NCBI GenBank assembly: GCA_963753595.1
Contig: CAVWCX010000020.1
Coordinates: forward strand, 1 to 64,000
DNA length: 64,000 nucleotides
DNA from: Candidatus Methanoperedenaceae archaeon
Lineage (GTDB): Archaea; Halobacteriota; Methanosarcinia; Methanosarcinales; Methanoperedenaceae
Direction: 5' to 3'
Below, one piece after another: positions 48,284 to 57,672 of this stretch (the first letter of the stretch is position 1; the number at the start of each line of letters is the position of its first letter). Both the position numbers and the translations under genes were made by a program. The notes under the pieces are model-generated. The model made no database searches and was not told the DNA's origin. It worked only from the letters and a program-made list of their open reading frames with translations.

Positions 48284-50394
48284 CCAACCCCGGCCGCTCC
48301 TATTTTTTCTGCAAGTTTTGCAAGCACTTCTTTTCTCATCCCTTCCACGAATTTGATGCTTCCTACCACAAGATGCCCTCCGCCGCTCACGCCTGCACCT
48401 TTTATCTCGCTGTGAAGTTCTTTCACCATCTGGGGGATGTTCATCCTGACGCCTTTTGAACGCAGCACTGCAAAATCAGGCCCGTATCCGATAGTGACAA
48501 GCGGCTTGCCTGCATTCTGGTTACATAATCTGTCATGTATCTCCCCGCTTGTCTTTCCAGGTGGCGGGAACGTGAATTTATGTGCAAAATTCTCAACATC
48601 GATCACGTTCATTATTGTCCCGTTAGGCAATATCTGCGTTTTAACATTAGGCATTGAGGCCTCAAGTTGTTCATTTATTGCCTCATTTGCCTGCTCGTTC
48701 AATAAATTCACGATTTTTTGATGCCTGCCATTCGAATTAAGATTAAGGATATCATTCATTATCCCCCTTCCATCGTTGAACCTCTGCATGAATGCCTCAT
48801 AATCGATCGCAAGAGCCATTTTCTTCAATTCCTCGATCTTATATTTTTCTGCCACAAGGGCTTTATAAGCATCAGCTTCAGGAGCAGACGACCTGTCGCC
48901 CATGGCTGAAACCGCTGGAAGATGTTTTATTTCTTCGGTCACATCAGGATTTATCATCCGTGCAATTTCAGTACCGATCATTCCTGTTGTCAGTCCATAA
49001 TCCCCGCCTGCGTAAGCCGGGTTCACATGTTCAAGCACCATGGAATCTATAGTCCCGTCAGGGTGATGGTGGTCAATGACCATTATATCAATTCCATAAA
49101 TAACAGCCTGTTTCATCGCAGGCATATCTTCCTCTGTCGCCCCGTTGTCCATTAATACCACAAGCGGCATCTTCTGGGAGAAACGCTCCTGGTCTTCAAG
49201 TGCAAAAGTAATGTCTTTTGTCACATCCTCTAGCTCGTAAAAAGGCGCTTTGGAAGGAGAGCGCCTGAAAAAGTGCCTGTCAGCATCAGATCCCCCGACT
49301 TCCTTAATAAGAGGCAAAATTGCGCGTTCAATTGCGATCGCAGAGGTTATTCCGTCTGCATCCGCATGATGCCTTATGATTATTGGCCTGGATTTATATG
49401 CTGCCTTCATTATGATCTTAGCGGCATTCTTCATCCTGGGTTTTAATTTCTCAAGTATATCACTTTTTACAAGGAACTGGATCTCATGGGGTTGGGCGCG
49501 CCTGTCAATAGCGGATTCGATCTGCTCTTTTATCCCTGCGGCCTCTTTCCCATCGAGCTGCCTTATGGAGCGGATCTCAACCTGCAATGCGCCGTTTCTC
49601 ATGGATGGCTCTCCGATGACTTTAACGATCGTCTCGGCCTTTATCTCAGGATAAGCGCGTTCTCCTGCTTTTTCAAATGCTGCACACTGGACTGTGCCAT
49701 CCTCATCTGAAATGGAAAATATCGTGGGACCTCCTGTCTGCTTTATCTGGATGACCTCGCCTGAGAGATGAATAAGTTTCCCAAGGTACTTTGTAAGTTC
49801 TGTAGTTTTTCTTCTGGGGATCTGTTTTTCAACATGGATCACCTGGTAATCCTTCGGGCTTCTGATAAGGAGTTCAATATTGCCATTCTGGGCAATGTTT
49901 TTTACTTCAACGAATATCTTATCGCCGATTTCCGGAGTGAAACTTAAATTGCTTGAATGAATAAGTCCCCGCATCTGCGGATTCAGGTCAATGAACACGC
50001 CAAAATTAGCATGTCCCTGCACTTTTCCCTCATAGGTCTTCCCGACCTCAAGTTCGCGTGTATCGCATTCGGGACTGAGGATATGGACATATTGTTTTTG
50101 GGCGCAATTTTCACAGAGTTCTCCCCTGCCGGGAATTTCTATTCCGCACATCTTGCATGTGATGAATTTCCCCCTGCCTCCGCATGCTTTGCAGGGTTCC
50201 GTCACTGAGAATTTGCCCGTGCCAAAACATTTTATGCATTTTATCCCACCACCCATCAGGGCACCAAGGTCTTTTTCAGAAAGTCGGTCAAGGCTTATGG
50301 ATTTTGGCTTACCCGTGCCTTTGCAGTCAGGACATTCCCTTTCACTGAGGATTATAGTTCCTGTGCCTTTACAGTCTTTACATTCAGTAGTCAT
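48280..50394 (-). CDS. Archaeal RecJ-like DHH phosphoesterase with DnaJ-type Zn finger, S1 and OB domains
   Basis: CxxCxGxG repeats, S1 (FGVFID), HHADADG, DNG, IDHHH, GGGH. Confidence 0.9.
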   Translation of the reverse strand: MTTECKDCKGTGTIILSERECPDCKGTGKPKSISLDRLSEKDLGALMGGGIKCIKCFGTGKFSVTEPCKACGGRGKFITCKMCGIEIPGRGELCENCAQKQYVHILSPECDTRELEVGKTYEGKVQGHANFGVFIDLNPQMRGLIHSSNLSFTPEIGDKIFVEVKNIAQNGNIELLIRSPKDYQVIHVEKQIPRRKTTELTKYLGKLIHLSGEVIQIKQTGGPTIFSISDEDGTVQCAAFEKAGERAYPEIKAETIVKVIGEPSMRNGALQVEIRSIRQLDGKEAAGIKEQIESAIDRRAQPHEIQFLVKSDILEKLKPRMKNAAKIIMKAAYKSRPIIIRHHADADGITSAIAIERAILPLIKEVGGSDADRHFFRRSPSKAPFYELEDVTKDITFALEDQERFSQKMPLVVLMDNGATEEDMPAMKQAVIYGIDIMVIDHHHPDGTIDSMVLEHVNPAYAGGDYGLTTGMIGTEIARMINPDVTEEIKHLPAVSAMGDRSSAPEADAYKALVAEKYKIEELKKMALAIDYEAFMQRFNDGRGIMNDILNLNSNGRHQKIVNLLNEQANEAINEQLEASMPNVKTQILPNGTIMNVIDVENFAHKFTFPPPGKTSGEIHDRLCNQNAGKPLVTIGYGPDFAVLRSKGVRMNIPQMVKELHSEIKGAGVSGGGHLVVGSIKFVEGMRKEVLAKLAEKIGAAGVG

Positions 50395-50499
50395 AGATTT
50401 GAGTGATAGATGTGTTAAGGGGTAAAATAGGTTACGCGGAAATTATGTTTGATAAAAAAGAAAAAGCTATAAATCCATACTATTCTATCATCGCTTATT

Positions 50500-50634
50500 G
50501 TGAGTAAAATGTTAGAATTGGTAAGAGAAAAATCTGGTTTCGATAAAGAAGATTCCTTTTTCAAAATGCAAACTTTCCGGGCATCCAGAGACTTATCAGA
50601 AGAGCATGATGAAATTTATGACGAAAAAATATGA
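50500..50634 (+). pseudogene. Possible orphan antitoxin C-terminal fragment (44 aa)
   Basis: VSKMLELVREK..DSFF..RDLSEEHDEIY resembles the DxSxxHDxY tails of archaeal VapB-type antitoxins; no toxin follows. Confidence 0.3.
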
Positions 50635-50660
50635 AATAGAACACGGATTTGCTCATCCGT
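50635..50660. repeat. Truncated CACGGAT-type palindromic element
   Basis: AATAGAACACGGAT is identical to 23104-23117 and is followed by ATCCGT. Confidence 0.6.
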
Positions 50661-50682
50661 AAATATTACTTTTATTGCATTA

Positions 50683-51885
50683 CTATCTGATTTCATCGTA
50701 CCCGATCTCTTTCTTTGTCAGGTAGCACGCAGGGTCATCAGCCCAGACATTATTATAGATCGCTTCTGCCCTCACGCGGAAGTTCCCGTTGCAGATATCG
50801 AACCATTTACAGTGGGCGCACCTGTCAGCGTTTGCCTTTATAAGTGGCTTGCGGTTCTTGAGTCCTGCCATTAATTCATTATTGGTATCCATCCATATCT
50901 CGCTGAATTTTCGATCCTTCACATTGCCAAATGAGTAGTGCCTCCAGAACTGGTCTGCGTGGACCGAACCATCCCAGGAAACGCAGCCTATGCCGATGCC
51001 TGTAGAGTTGCCCTGGTTCATCTGGAGTAGTTCTAATACGTCTGCGGCGCGCTTTGGGTCTTCTTTCAGGAGACGGAAATAAACATACGGGCCGTCGCAG
51101 TGATTATCAACGGTCAATACCTCGATCGGAAAGCCCTTATCGTGGAGCGCCCTGGTTCTATCCATTATAATATCAAGGGTTTTCCTGCTTTCTTCATGCG
51201 TTAGTTCCTGCTCGACCATTTTTGAGCCGCGCCCTGCGTAAACAAGATGATAGAAACAAACCCTGGGAATATTCTCCTTTTCAAGAAGGTCAAAAATAGC
51301 CGGGATATCCTTTACATTTTGTTTGTTGATCGTAAAACGCAATCCCACCTTGACGCCTTCTGCCAGGCAGTTTCGCATGCCATTTAAGGCAGCGTCGAAT
51401 GCACCTTTTACACCCCTGAACTTATCATTTGTTTCTCTCATGCCGTCAAGTGAAACCCCGACATACGACAGGCCGATGTCCTTCAGGACTTTAGCCATTT
51501 TTTTATCAATAAGCGTCCCATTCGTTGAAATGACAGCGCGCATTCCTTTTGACCTTGCATATAGCGCAAGTTCAGGAAGGTCTTTTCGCATTGTAGGTTC
51601 GCCGCCTGAAAAAAGAATTACAGGCGCGCCGAATTGGGCAAGATCATCGATAAGCTCCTTACCCTCTTGGGTCGTGAGCTCGTTGGTGTATTCAATATCT
51701 TTTGAATGGGCATAGCAATGGACGCATTTAAGGTTGCAGCGCCTGCCCATGTTCCAGACAACGACCGGTTTTTTGTCTTTTGAAAATTGCAATAAATGCG
51801 ACGGGAGTTTACTTGAGTCGCGCCCGTACCGCAGAGCGTCTGATGGTTCAACAGTCCCGCAATAAAGTTTTGAAATGCCTATCAT
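50683..51885 (-). CDS. ahbC: 12,18-didecarboxysiroheme deacetylase (alternative heme pathway)
   Basis: MIGISKLYCG..DALRY start, CNLKCVHCY, TVDNHCDG, SPASM domain C..C.W..ICNGNFRVRA..DPACY. Confidence 0.9.
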   Translation of the reverse strand: MIGISKLYCGTVEPSDALRYGRDSSKLPSHLLQFSKDKKPVVVWNMGRRCNLKCVHCYAHSKDIEYTNELTTQEGKELIDDLAQFGAPVILFSGGEPTMRKDLPELALYARSKGMRAVISTNGTLIDKKMAKVLKDIGLSYVGVSLDGMRETNDKFRGVKGAFDAALNGMRNCLAEGVKVGLRFTINKQNVKDIPAIFDLLEKENIPRVCFYHLVYAGRGSKMVEQELTHEESRKTLDIIMDRTRALHDKGFPIEVLTVDNHCDGPYVYFRLLKEDPKRAADVLELLQMNQGNSTGIGIGCVSWDGSVHADQFWRHYSFGNVKDRKFSEIWMDTNNELMAGLKNRKPLIKANADRCAHCKWFDICNGNFRVRAEAIYNNVWADDPACYLTKKEIGYDEIR

Positions 51886-51951
51886 TTTTACTCCAATATA
51901 TGTTCGTACAATCACGAATTTATTTTATATAAATCTATCCTGATTGCTTTA

Positions 51952-52221
51952 TTAGGTTAAATCAATTAATAATCCTTTGTGTTCATCAAATTTTATCCTG
52001 ATACCTGAAGTATTTTCCGCAATTTCTTTTTCCACCAGTATCCTTATCTCGCCCTCCATAAATGTTACATCTCCAGAAAGCGCTTTTTTGACAGGGATTA
52101 TCTCAAAATGCTTGCAGCACCCGCCCCCTCCAATGAAAATACGCATCGCGAACGCATTTTCTTTTATTAACTCTTTTCGGATGAGTTCGATGGCAGTATC
52201 ATCTATCAAAAGGTTTGTCAT
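51952..52221 (-). CDS. HesB/IscA-like small protein
   Basis: IDDTAIE..MRIFIGGGGCC..GD. Confidence 0.65.
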   Translation of the reverse strand: MTNLLIDDTAIELIRKELIKENAFAMRIFIGGGGCCKHFEIIPVKKALSGDVTFMEGEIRILVEKEIAENTSGIRIKFDEHKGLLIDLT

Positions 52222-52253
52222 TCATTTCTTTTTTTAATAATTCGGATATATTT

Positions 52254-52709
52254 TTAAGCTATTTCGATCTCAGGTTCTATTATGACCTGCGTCTTCATTG
52301 AGTTCGCAACAAGGCATCGTTTTTCGGCGTGATCCAGGATCATCCTGATCTTCTCTTCTGTCTCCTTTGCTTTTATTTTCGGTCTTATTATTATTTTTGT
52401 GAATATTTTCATTTTATCTACGGTTTCAAGTATCCCTTCGGCCCGGGATTCATAGGATACCAATTCAACACCCATGTTCTTGATCGTGCCAAGGAGCGTG
52501 GTCATATAACAGACGTTGGCAGATGATACAAAAAGATCTTCCGGGCTTATTATATTTTCATGCCCCCCGAATTCCGGAGGCGTTGCCACTTCTATTTCCT
52601 GTTTGCTTTCAATGAATTTGAGGTCAGCTTTTTTCTCCCCTTTCCATTTCAATGTATTATGATAGAGCCATTTATCCTGTTCCATCTGGATCATCCTTTT
52701 ACCTTTCAA
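52254..52709 (-). CDS. OsmC/Ohr family protein
   Basis: PPEFGG, SPEDLF..CY, CLVANS; exact start uncertain. Confidence 0.88.
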   Translation of the reverse strand: MKGKRMIQMEQDKWLYHNTLKWKGEKKADLKFIESKQEIEVATPPEFGGHENIISPEDLFVSSANVCYMTTLLGTIKNMGVELVSYESRAEGILETVDKMKIFTKIIIRPKIKAKETEEKIRMILDHAEKRCLVANSMKTQVIIEPEIEIA

Positions 52710-52798
52710 AATATGGCTTTCCGGATATTAAAAACTTTGTCAAAAAAGAGTTTGTCAAAAAGTTTGGTGGGGGCTATCATGAAATAGTTGGAAATAAG

Positions 52799-52867
52799 AA
52801 ACCGCAGATGAACGCCGATAAACGCGGATTGTGATAGCGTATCGCCGTTCATTTGCATCTGCGGTTT
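52799..52867. repeat. 9-nt-periodic palindromic element, CGCAGAT type
   Basis: AAACCGCAGATG-AACGCCGAT-AAACGCGGAT ... ATCGCCGTTCATTTGCATCTGCGGTTT; 12-bp perfect terminal IR. Confidence 0.85.
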
Positions 52868-53075
52868 TATTGGTTCCAACAAACACCAAAAGATTTTACA
52901 CCCATAAAAATAATATAATTTCATAATAAACACAACTACAAGATTTATCTTCGAAAAGAGGGAAAAATGGGAATAAATGTAGTTTCAAACGACTACAAAA
53001 CAATTAAATTCTTGAAGTTTGAAAATGTTTAAATATCATTAGCTCTTCATCTGACTTCCTCTAAGGGAGCAATAT

Positions 53076-53732
53076 ATGAAAAAGGAACCAATAATTCCAG
53101 AATCAAGAGACACTGCTTTCCGGGAACAGGTTTTAAAGACACCTGTCGGAGAAAAGATCCCGACCTGCATGCAATGCGGAATATGCGCGGGCTCCTGTCC
53201 TGTCAGCCACGAAATGGACTATACGCCGCGCGAGCTTGTCCGAATGGTCCAGCTTGGCTTGAAAAAGGAAGTGCTATCAAGCAACACGATATGGATATGC
53301 ACAACATGCTTCTCATGCTCTGTCAGGTGTCCCAGGGGAATTCATCCGACAGAACTTATGGAAACGTTAAAACCAATAGCTATAGCAGAAGGGATAACTA
53401 ACAGGAATGCTAAATTCGATAACGTTTTTTCAAGTGTAATAAGGAATAACGGCAGGGCTTCTGAATTCCTGCTCATCTCCAGATACAGCCTTACTGAACC
53501 TGGAATGATTAAGCAGCTCCCGTTTGGACTGTCAATGATTGCAAAAGGAAAATTGCCGTTATCTATTGACAGGATGGAAAATACCAGGGAACTGGAGGCT
53601 ATTTTTAAACTTGGAGAAAAACCCGGGGAACCAAAGGAAGAAAATAAAGAAAGTAAAGATATTAAAGAAAAAGAGCCCCACCAGACTAAAAATGAAGATA
53701 ACGAGAATACACAAGAGGGGGCCAAAAAATGA
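53076..53732 (+). CDS. hdrC: Heterodisulfide reductase subunit C
   Basis: CMQCGICAGSCP and CTTCFSCSVRCPRG. Confidence 0.9.
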   Translation: MKKEPIIPESRDTAFREQVLKTPVGEKIPTCMQCGICAGSCPVSHEMDYTPRELVRMVQLGLKKEVLSSNTIWICTTCFSCSVRCPRGIHPTELMETLKPIAIAEGITNRNAKFDNVFSSVIRNNGRASEFLLISRYSLTEPGMIKQLPFGLSMIAKGKLPLSIDRMENTRELEAIFKLGEKPGEPKEENKESKDIKEKEPHQTKNEDNENTQEGAKK

Positions 53733-54577
53733 AATATTCTTATTATCCGGGATGCGCTCAGCATGGAACTGCGGTGGATTACCGCATTTCTGTGGAAGCT
53801 GTTTTTGGCCGCCTTGGCATTGAGCTTGAAGAAGTAAAGAACTGGAATTGCTGCGGCGCTTTACATGTCCCCGATAGAACTGTAAAGACAGGGCTGTCTG
53901 CAAGAACGCTTGCATCCGCAAAAGGCCTTGATATGGCAACGCCATGCAACCTGTGCTATTCAAACCTTATGCGTGCCCAAACCGCCCTCCAGGACAGCGC
54001 CCTTAGAACAAGGGTCAATGAAGCGCTCAAAGAAAAATATGATGGTAACACAAAACCAAAACATCTTCTTGAAGTGGTCGTCAAAGATCTTGGATTGCCA
54101 AAGCTCAAAGACCTTGTTAAAAAACCTCTTAAGATCAAAGCGGTTCCTTATTATGGCTGTCTCCTGACACGGCCGGAAAACAATTTTGACAGCTCTGAGA
54201 ATCCGAAATCCCTTGATGAATTAATTTTGTGCCTTGGAGCCGAGCCTGTAAAATATTATTATAAAACCAAATGCTGTGGAGGCCCGATCCTTCTGACAAA
54301 TGAAGACCTTGCCCTGAGTCTAGCCAGGGAGTTACTGGTAATGGCAAAAGAAACAGGCGCCGATTGCATTGTTGTTACCTGCCCCATGTGCCACCTGCAA
54401 CTTGATGCAAAACAAAAAGCAGTGGAATCAAAATTTAATATCAGGATCGACATGCCGATTATTTATTTTACGCAGCTTATAGGACTTGCCATGGGTCTTG
54501 GCCCGGAGGAACTGGGGCTTTCCCGGCATCTTGTTCCAACCGATAAATTGATCGCAAAGGTTGGAGGCAAATTATGA
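53729..54577 (+). CDS. hdrB: Heterodisulfide reductase subunit B
   Basis: YYPGC, NCCGA, PCNLC, YYGC, CCGG, CPMC (two CCG domains). Confidence 0.93.
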   Translation: MKYSYYPGCAQHGTAVDYRISVEAVFGRLGIELEEVKNWNCCGALHVPDRTVKTGLSARTLASAKGLDMATPCNLCYSNLMRAQTALQDSALRTRVNEALKEKYDGNTKPKHLLEVVVKDLGLPKLKDLVKKPLKIKAVPYYGCLLTRPENNFDSSENPKSLDELILCLGAEPVKYYYKTKCCGGPILLTNEDLALSLARELLVMAKETGADCIVVTCPMCHLQLDAKQKAVESKFNIRIDMPIIYFTQLIGLAMGLGPEELGLSRHLVPTDKLIAKVGGKL

Positions 54578-56877
54578 CAGAAAATGAACCATCCAGGATC
54601 GGCGTGTACCTTTGCAGGTGCGGAGGTAATATCGGTGATGTGGTTGACCTCCAGGCAGTTGCGGATAAGCTCAAAGAAGATAAAAATGTAATCGTAAATA
54701 TCCAGGATTACCTTTGCAGCAGCGTTGGGCAGGATAAGATAAAAAACGATATCGAGAAAGGAAAAGTTGACCGTGTTGTCATAGGTTCATGCTCGCCAAA
54801 GCTGCATCTTGAAACCTTCAGGGGTATGGCAAAAACTGCAGGACTTAATCCGAATCTTCTTGAAATAACAAATATCCGGGAACAGGCAAGCTGGGTTCAT
54901 GATAAGGACAGTAAGGAAAGCGTGAACTCAAAAGTTTTGGGCCTGATAAAAGGCGCAGCCGCACGAATGGGTTCAATAGAGCCGCTGACACCTCTCACAA
55001 AAAAACTTGTGGACAGGACGCTTGTTGTGGGCGGAGGTATCGCCGGAATAACAACAGCGCTTGAGCTTGCTGATTCCCATGAAGTGATATTGATAGAGAA
55101 GCTGCCATATCTTGGCGGGCACATGATAGGTCTGTCCAAAACGTTCCCCACACTTGACTGCTCCCAGTGCATTCTTACACCGAAGATGGTCGCGGTTCAT
55201 AATAATCCCGCGATCACCCTGTTCACCCAGACCGAGGTTGCAGATGTCCAGGGAAGCCCCGGGGATTATTCCATTATCCTGAAGCACAGCCCGCGATATG
55301 TGGACATCAAGAAATGTATAAACTGCGGCGCATGCGCAAGGAAATGTCCGAGTGGAGCAATATTTCTTCCATTTGCCCAGGCCGTTCCGCAGGCGTATAT
55401 GATCGATATGTCAAAATGCAAGAATTGCGGCGTATGCGTTAAGGTATGCCCGCGCGATGCGATCAATCTTGAAGCAAAAGAAGAAACAAGTACTATTTCA
55501 GTGGGTGCAGTTGCGATAGCGACAGGATTTGAACCTATTGACCCGTCTTTCATAGAAGAATATAATTATCCATCTCCAAACATCCTCACGGCTGTTGAAT
55601 TTGAGGAAATGTTATCTGCAAAGAGCAAGACCGGAATGAGGTTACAAAAAGCTGACGGGACATTCCCGGACAGGGTGGCATTTGTCCTTTGCGCAGGGAG
55701 CAGGGATTTCACAGGCAAAGGAAGAAAACATTGCTCCAAGGTGTGCTGCATCTATTCGCAAAAGCAGGCGCAGCTTGTGAAAAAGATGAAGGAGGACGCA
55801 GAGGCATGGATCTTCTACATCGATATGCGCTCGGCAGGAAGAAGGTTTGAGGAATTTTATCATCACACGCAGGAAAAAGGCGTTAATTACGTGCGCGGGA
55901 AAGTCGCTGAAATAATCCCGAAAACCGATGGCACTCTCATGGTACAGTACGAGGATACCAACCTTGGCAGGAAAGGACGCGAAATATTTGATATGGTCGT
56001 GCTGTGCCCTGCGCTTATCCCCTCAAAAGGGACAAAAGAAATCGCGGATAAGTTTGGCGTATCTCTTGGCGATGACGGTTTTATTGAGGAAAAGCATGTC
56101 AAGCTTGACCCGGTGAATACTTTAAACCAGTCCGTATTTGCGGCAGGATGCGTGCTTGGCCCCAAGGATATCCATGATTCAGTTACTGAAGGAATAAGCG
56201 CCGCCCATAAAGTCTCACAGTTCCTCGGAAAAGGCATGATATTTATCCCGCCTGAGAAGCCGCTGATCCTTGAGTGCAACGGGTGCGGGGATTGCGTGAA
56301 AGCCTGCCCGTATAATGCGCTTGCTCTCGCGGGAGGAAAAGCAGTGCTATCGCCTCTTGCATGTACAGGCTGCGGAATATGCGTCCCGGCCTGCTCGATA
56401 AAAGGCATCGAGATACGAAATTTCACACGCGGCCAGTTAAAGGCACAGCTTCAGGGAATCCTGGATGAAGCACCGGGCGTAATAGTGTTCATCGACCCGT
56501 ATGCATATGCTGCTGCCGATATTGCGGGTGTGAACCGGAAACAATACTCCTCTCTTATCAGGTTCGTGAGCGTTCCTTCAATTCACATCCTTGATTCTGA
56601 TGTGGTCAATGCCGCTTTTGAATACGGCGCAACTGGCATTATGCTCATTGAAGGGACAACGGATGAGAAACTAACGTCACGGTCGGATGACCTGTACAAG
56701 AAGCTCAAGAAAGATACACGAAAGCACAAGAAGCCATTGAGGTATTCGCATATCGAGACAGCGCAGTATGAAAAATTGACTGATCTTTTGAATGTGTTCG
56801 CTTCGCAGGCCGGGGCAAAGGCCGAGAAGAAGAGCAGGAAGGAGAAAGGGGAAAGATCGGAAGAACAAGAGGAATGA
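54574..56877 (+). CDS. hdrA: Heterodisulfide reductase subunit A with C-terminal ferredoxin and MvhD-like domains
   Basis: VYLCRCG.NI, GGGIAG, KTFPTLDCSQC, CAGSRD..CSKVCC, YIDMR, GPKDI. Confidence 0.93.
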   Translation: MTENEPSRIGVYLCRCGGNIGDVVDLQAVADKLKEDKNVIVNIQDYLCSSVGQDKIKNDIEKGKVDRVVIGSCSPKLHLETFRGMAKTAGLNPNLLEITNIREQASWVHDKDSKESVNSKVLGLIKGAAARMGSIEPLTPLTKKLVDRTLVVGGGIAGITTALELADSHEVILIEKLPYLGGHMIGLSKTFPTLDCSQCILTPKMVAVHNNPAITLFTQTEVADVQGSPGDYSIILKHSPRYVDIKKCINCGACARKCPSGAIFLPFAQAVPQAYMIDMSKCKNCGVCVKVCPRDAINLEAKEETSTISVGAVAIATGFEPIDPSFIEEYNYPSPNILTAVEFEEMLSAKSKTGMRLQKADGTFPDRVAFVLCAGSRDFTGKGRKHCSKVCCIYSQKQAQLVKKMKEDAEAWIFYIDMRSAGRRFEEFYHHTQEKGVNYVRGKVAEIIPKTDGTLMVQYEDTNLGRKGREIFDMVVLCPALIPSKGTKEIADKFGVSLGDDGFIEEKHVKLDPVNTLNQSVFAAGCVLGPKDIHDSVTEGISAAHKVSQFLGKGMIFIPPEKPLILECNGCGDCVKACPYNALALAGGKAVLSPLACTGCGICVPACSIKGIEIRNFTRGQLKAQLQGILDEAPGVIVFIDPYAYAAADIAGVNRKQYSSLIRFVSVPSIHILDSDVVNAAFEYGATGIMLIEGTTDEKLTSRSDDLYKKLKKDTRKHKKPLRYSHIETAQYEKLTDLLNVFASQAGAKAEKKSRKEKGERSEEQEE

Positions 56878-56903
56878 AATAATTTCTTGTAATGCTAAAA
56901 ATC

Positions 56904-57605
56904 TTATTTTCGGATCATATTTTCCAGCATTTTGCGTTTTTTCTTTAGAGCCGAGATACTGAAGTGATAATATCCCCACACTATAACCGCGCAGATCAAA
57001 AGGAATCCAAACATATATGACAAAAGTTCTGTTGTATCCCTGTGGTGATATCTTACCCTGATCTTTTGCCCTGTTGGATTATCCCAGACGAGAACTTCTC
57101 TTCCTTTTGAGTCCCGTGTAATGTTATTTGGATATGGCTGGATATATCCCAGGAACCTGGTTCCAGATGTGAAATTTTCGGGCAAGACCACACGTATTGT
57201 CCCATTATCTGCCGGAATATAGGTAAAATCCTGCCCTCCTGGCCTGGTATATGCCACAAATCCTGAAAAATTGGTACTGAAATTAAAGTGCGCATAATTT
57301 CTGCCCATCATTGTCTTTATAGACACATTTACGCTGGCATTATTTCCTTTATAATCTACTGCTGCAGGATTCCTGAACGTCTGGATGCTGTCTTCTATCC
57401 TGTAATCAACAGATGTCTGGTTAATGACATTGTCTATTACCTGGGTGAAAGAAAGATTCAGATAAAAAATAGTAGTATTTTCCAGGCCGGGAAGTTCATA
57501 CTGCGAAGGATCGCCAGTTTTAACTTCAGGGGAAATGCATCCGGTGGCCAGGACCGAAAACATGACCAGTGCAATAATTAATTTCATGAATGCTCCAACA
57601 TACAC
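56904..57605 (-). CDS. Membrane-anchored lipoprotein (DUF5803-like)
   Basis: LATGCIS lipobox, VVLP..FLG.IQP motif, C-terminal TM helix. Confidence 0.6.
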   Translation of the reverse strand: MYVGAFMKLIIALVMFSVLATGCISPEVKTGDPSQYELPGLENTTIFYLNLSFTQVIDNVINQTSVDYRIEDSIQTFRNPAAVDYKGNNASVNVSIKTMMGRNYAHFNFSTNFSGFVAYTRPGGQDFTYIPADNGTIRVVLPENFTSGTRFLGYIQPYPNNITRDSKGREVLVWDNPTGQKIRVRYHHRDTTELLSYMFGFLLICAVIVWGYYHFSISALKKKRKMLENMIRK

Positions 57606-57672
57606 ATACAGCCCTTAAATATTATCCTCTGGCAGCTTAGTTGACAGCTTAATAATTCCCTCTTAATTCCCT

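Noticed and set aside
51952-52221. HesB-like selenoprotein, or pyrrolysine read-through elsewhere in the window
   Set aside because: The motif is encoded by Cys codons, and I saw no in-frame UGA/UAG joining two halves of a known protein.
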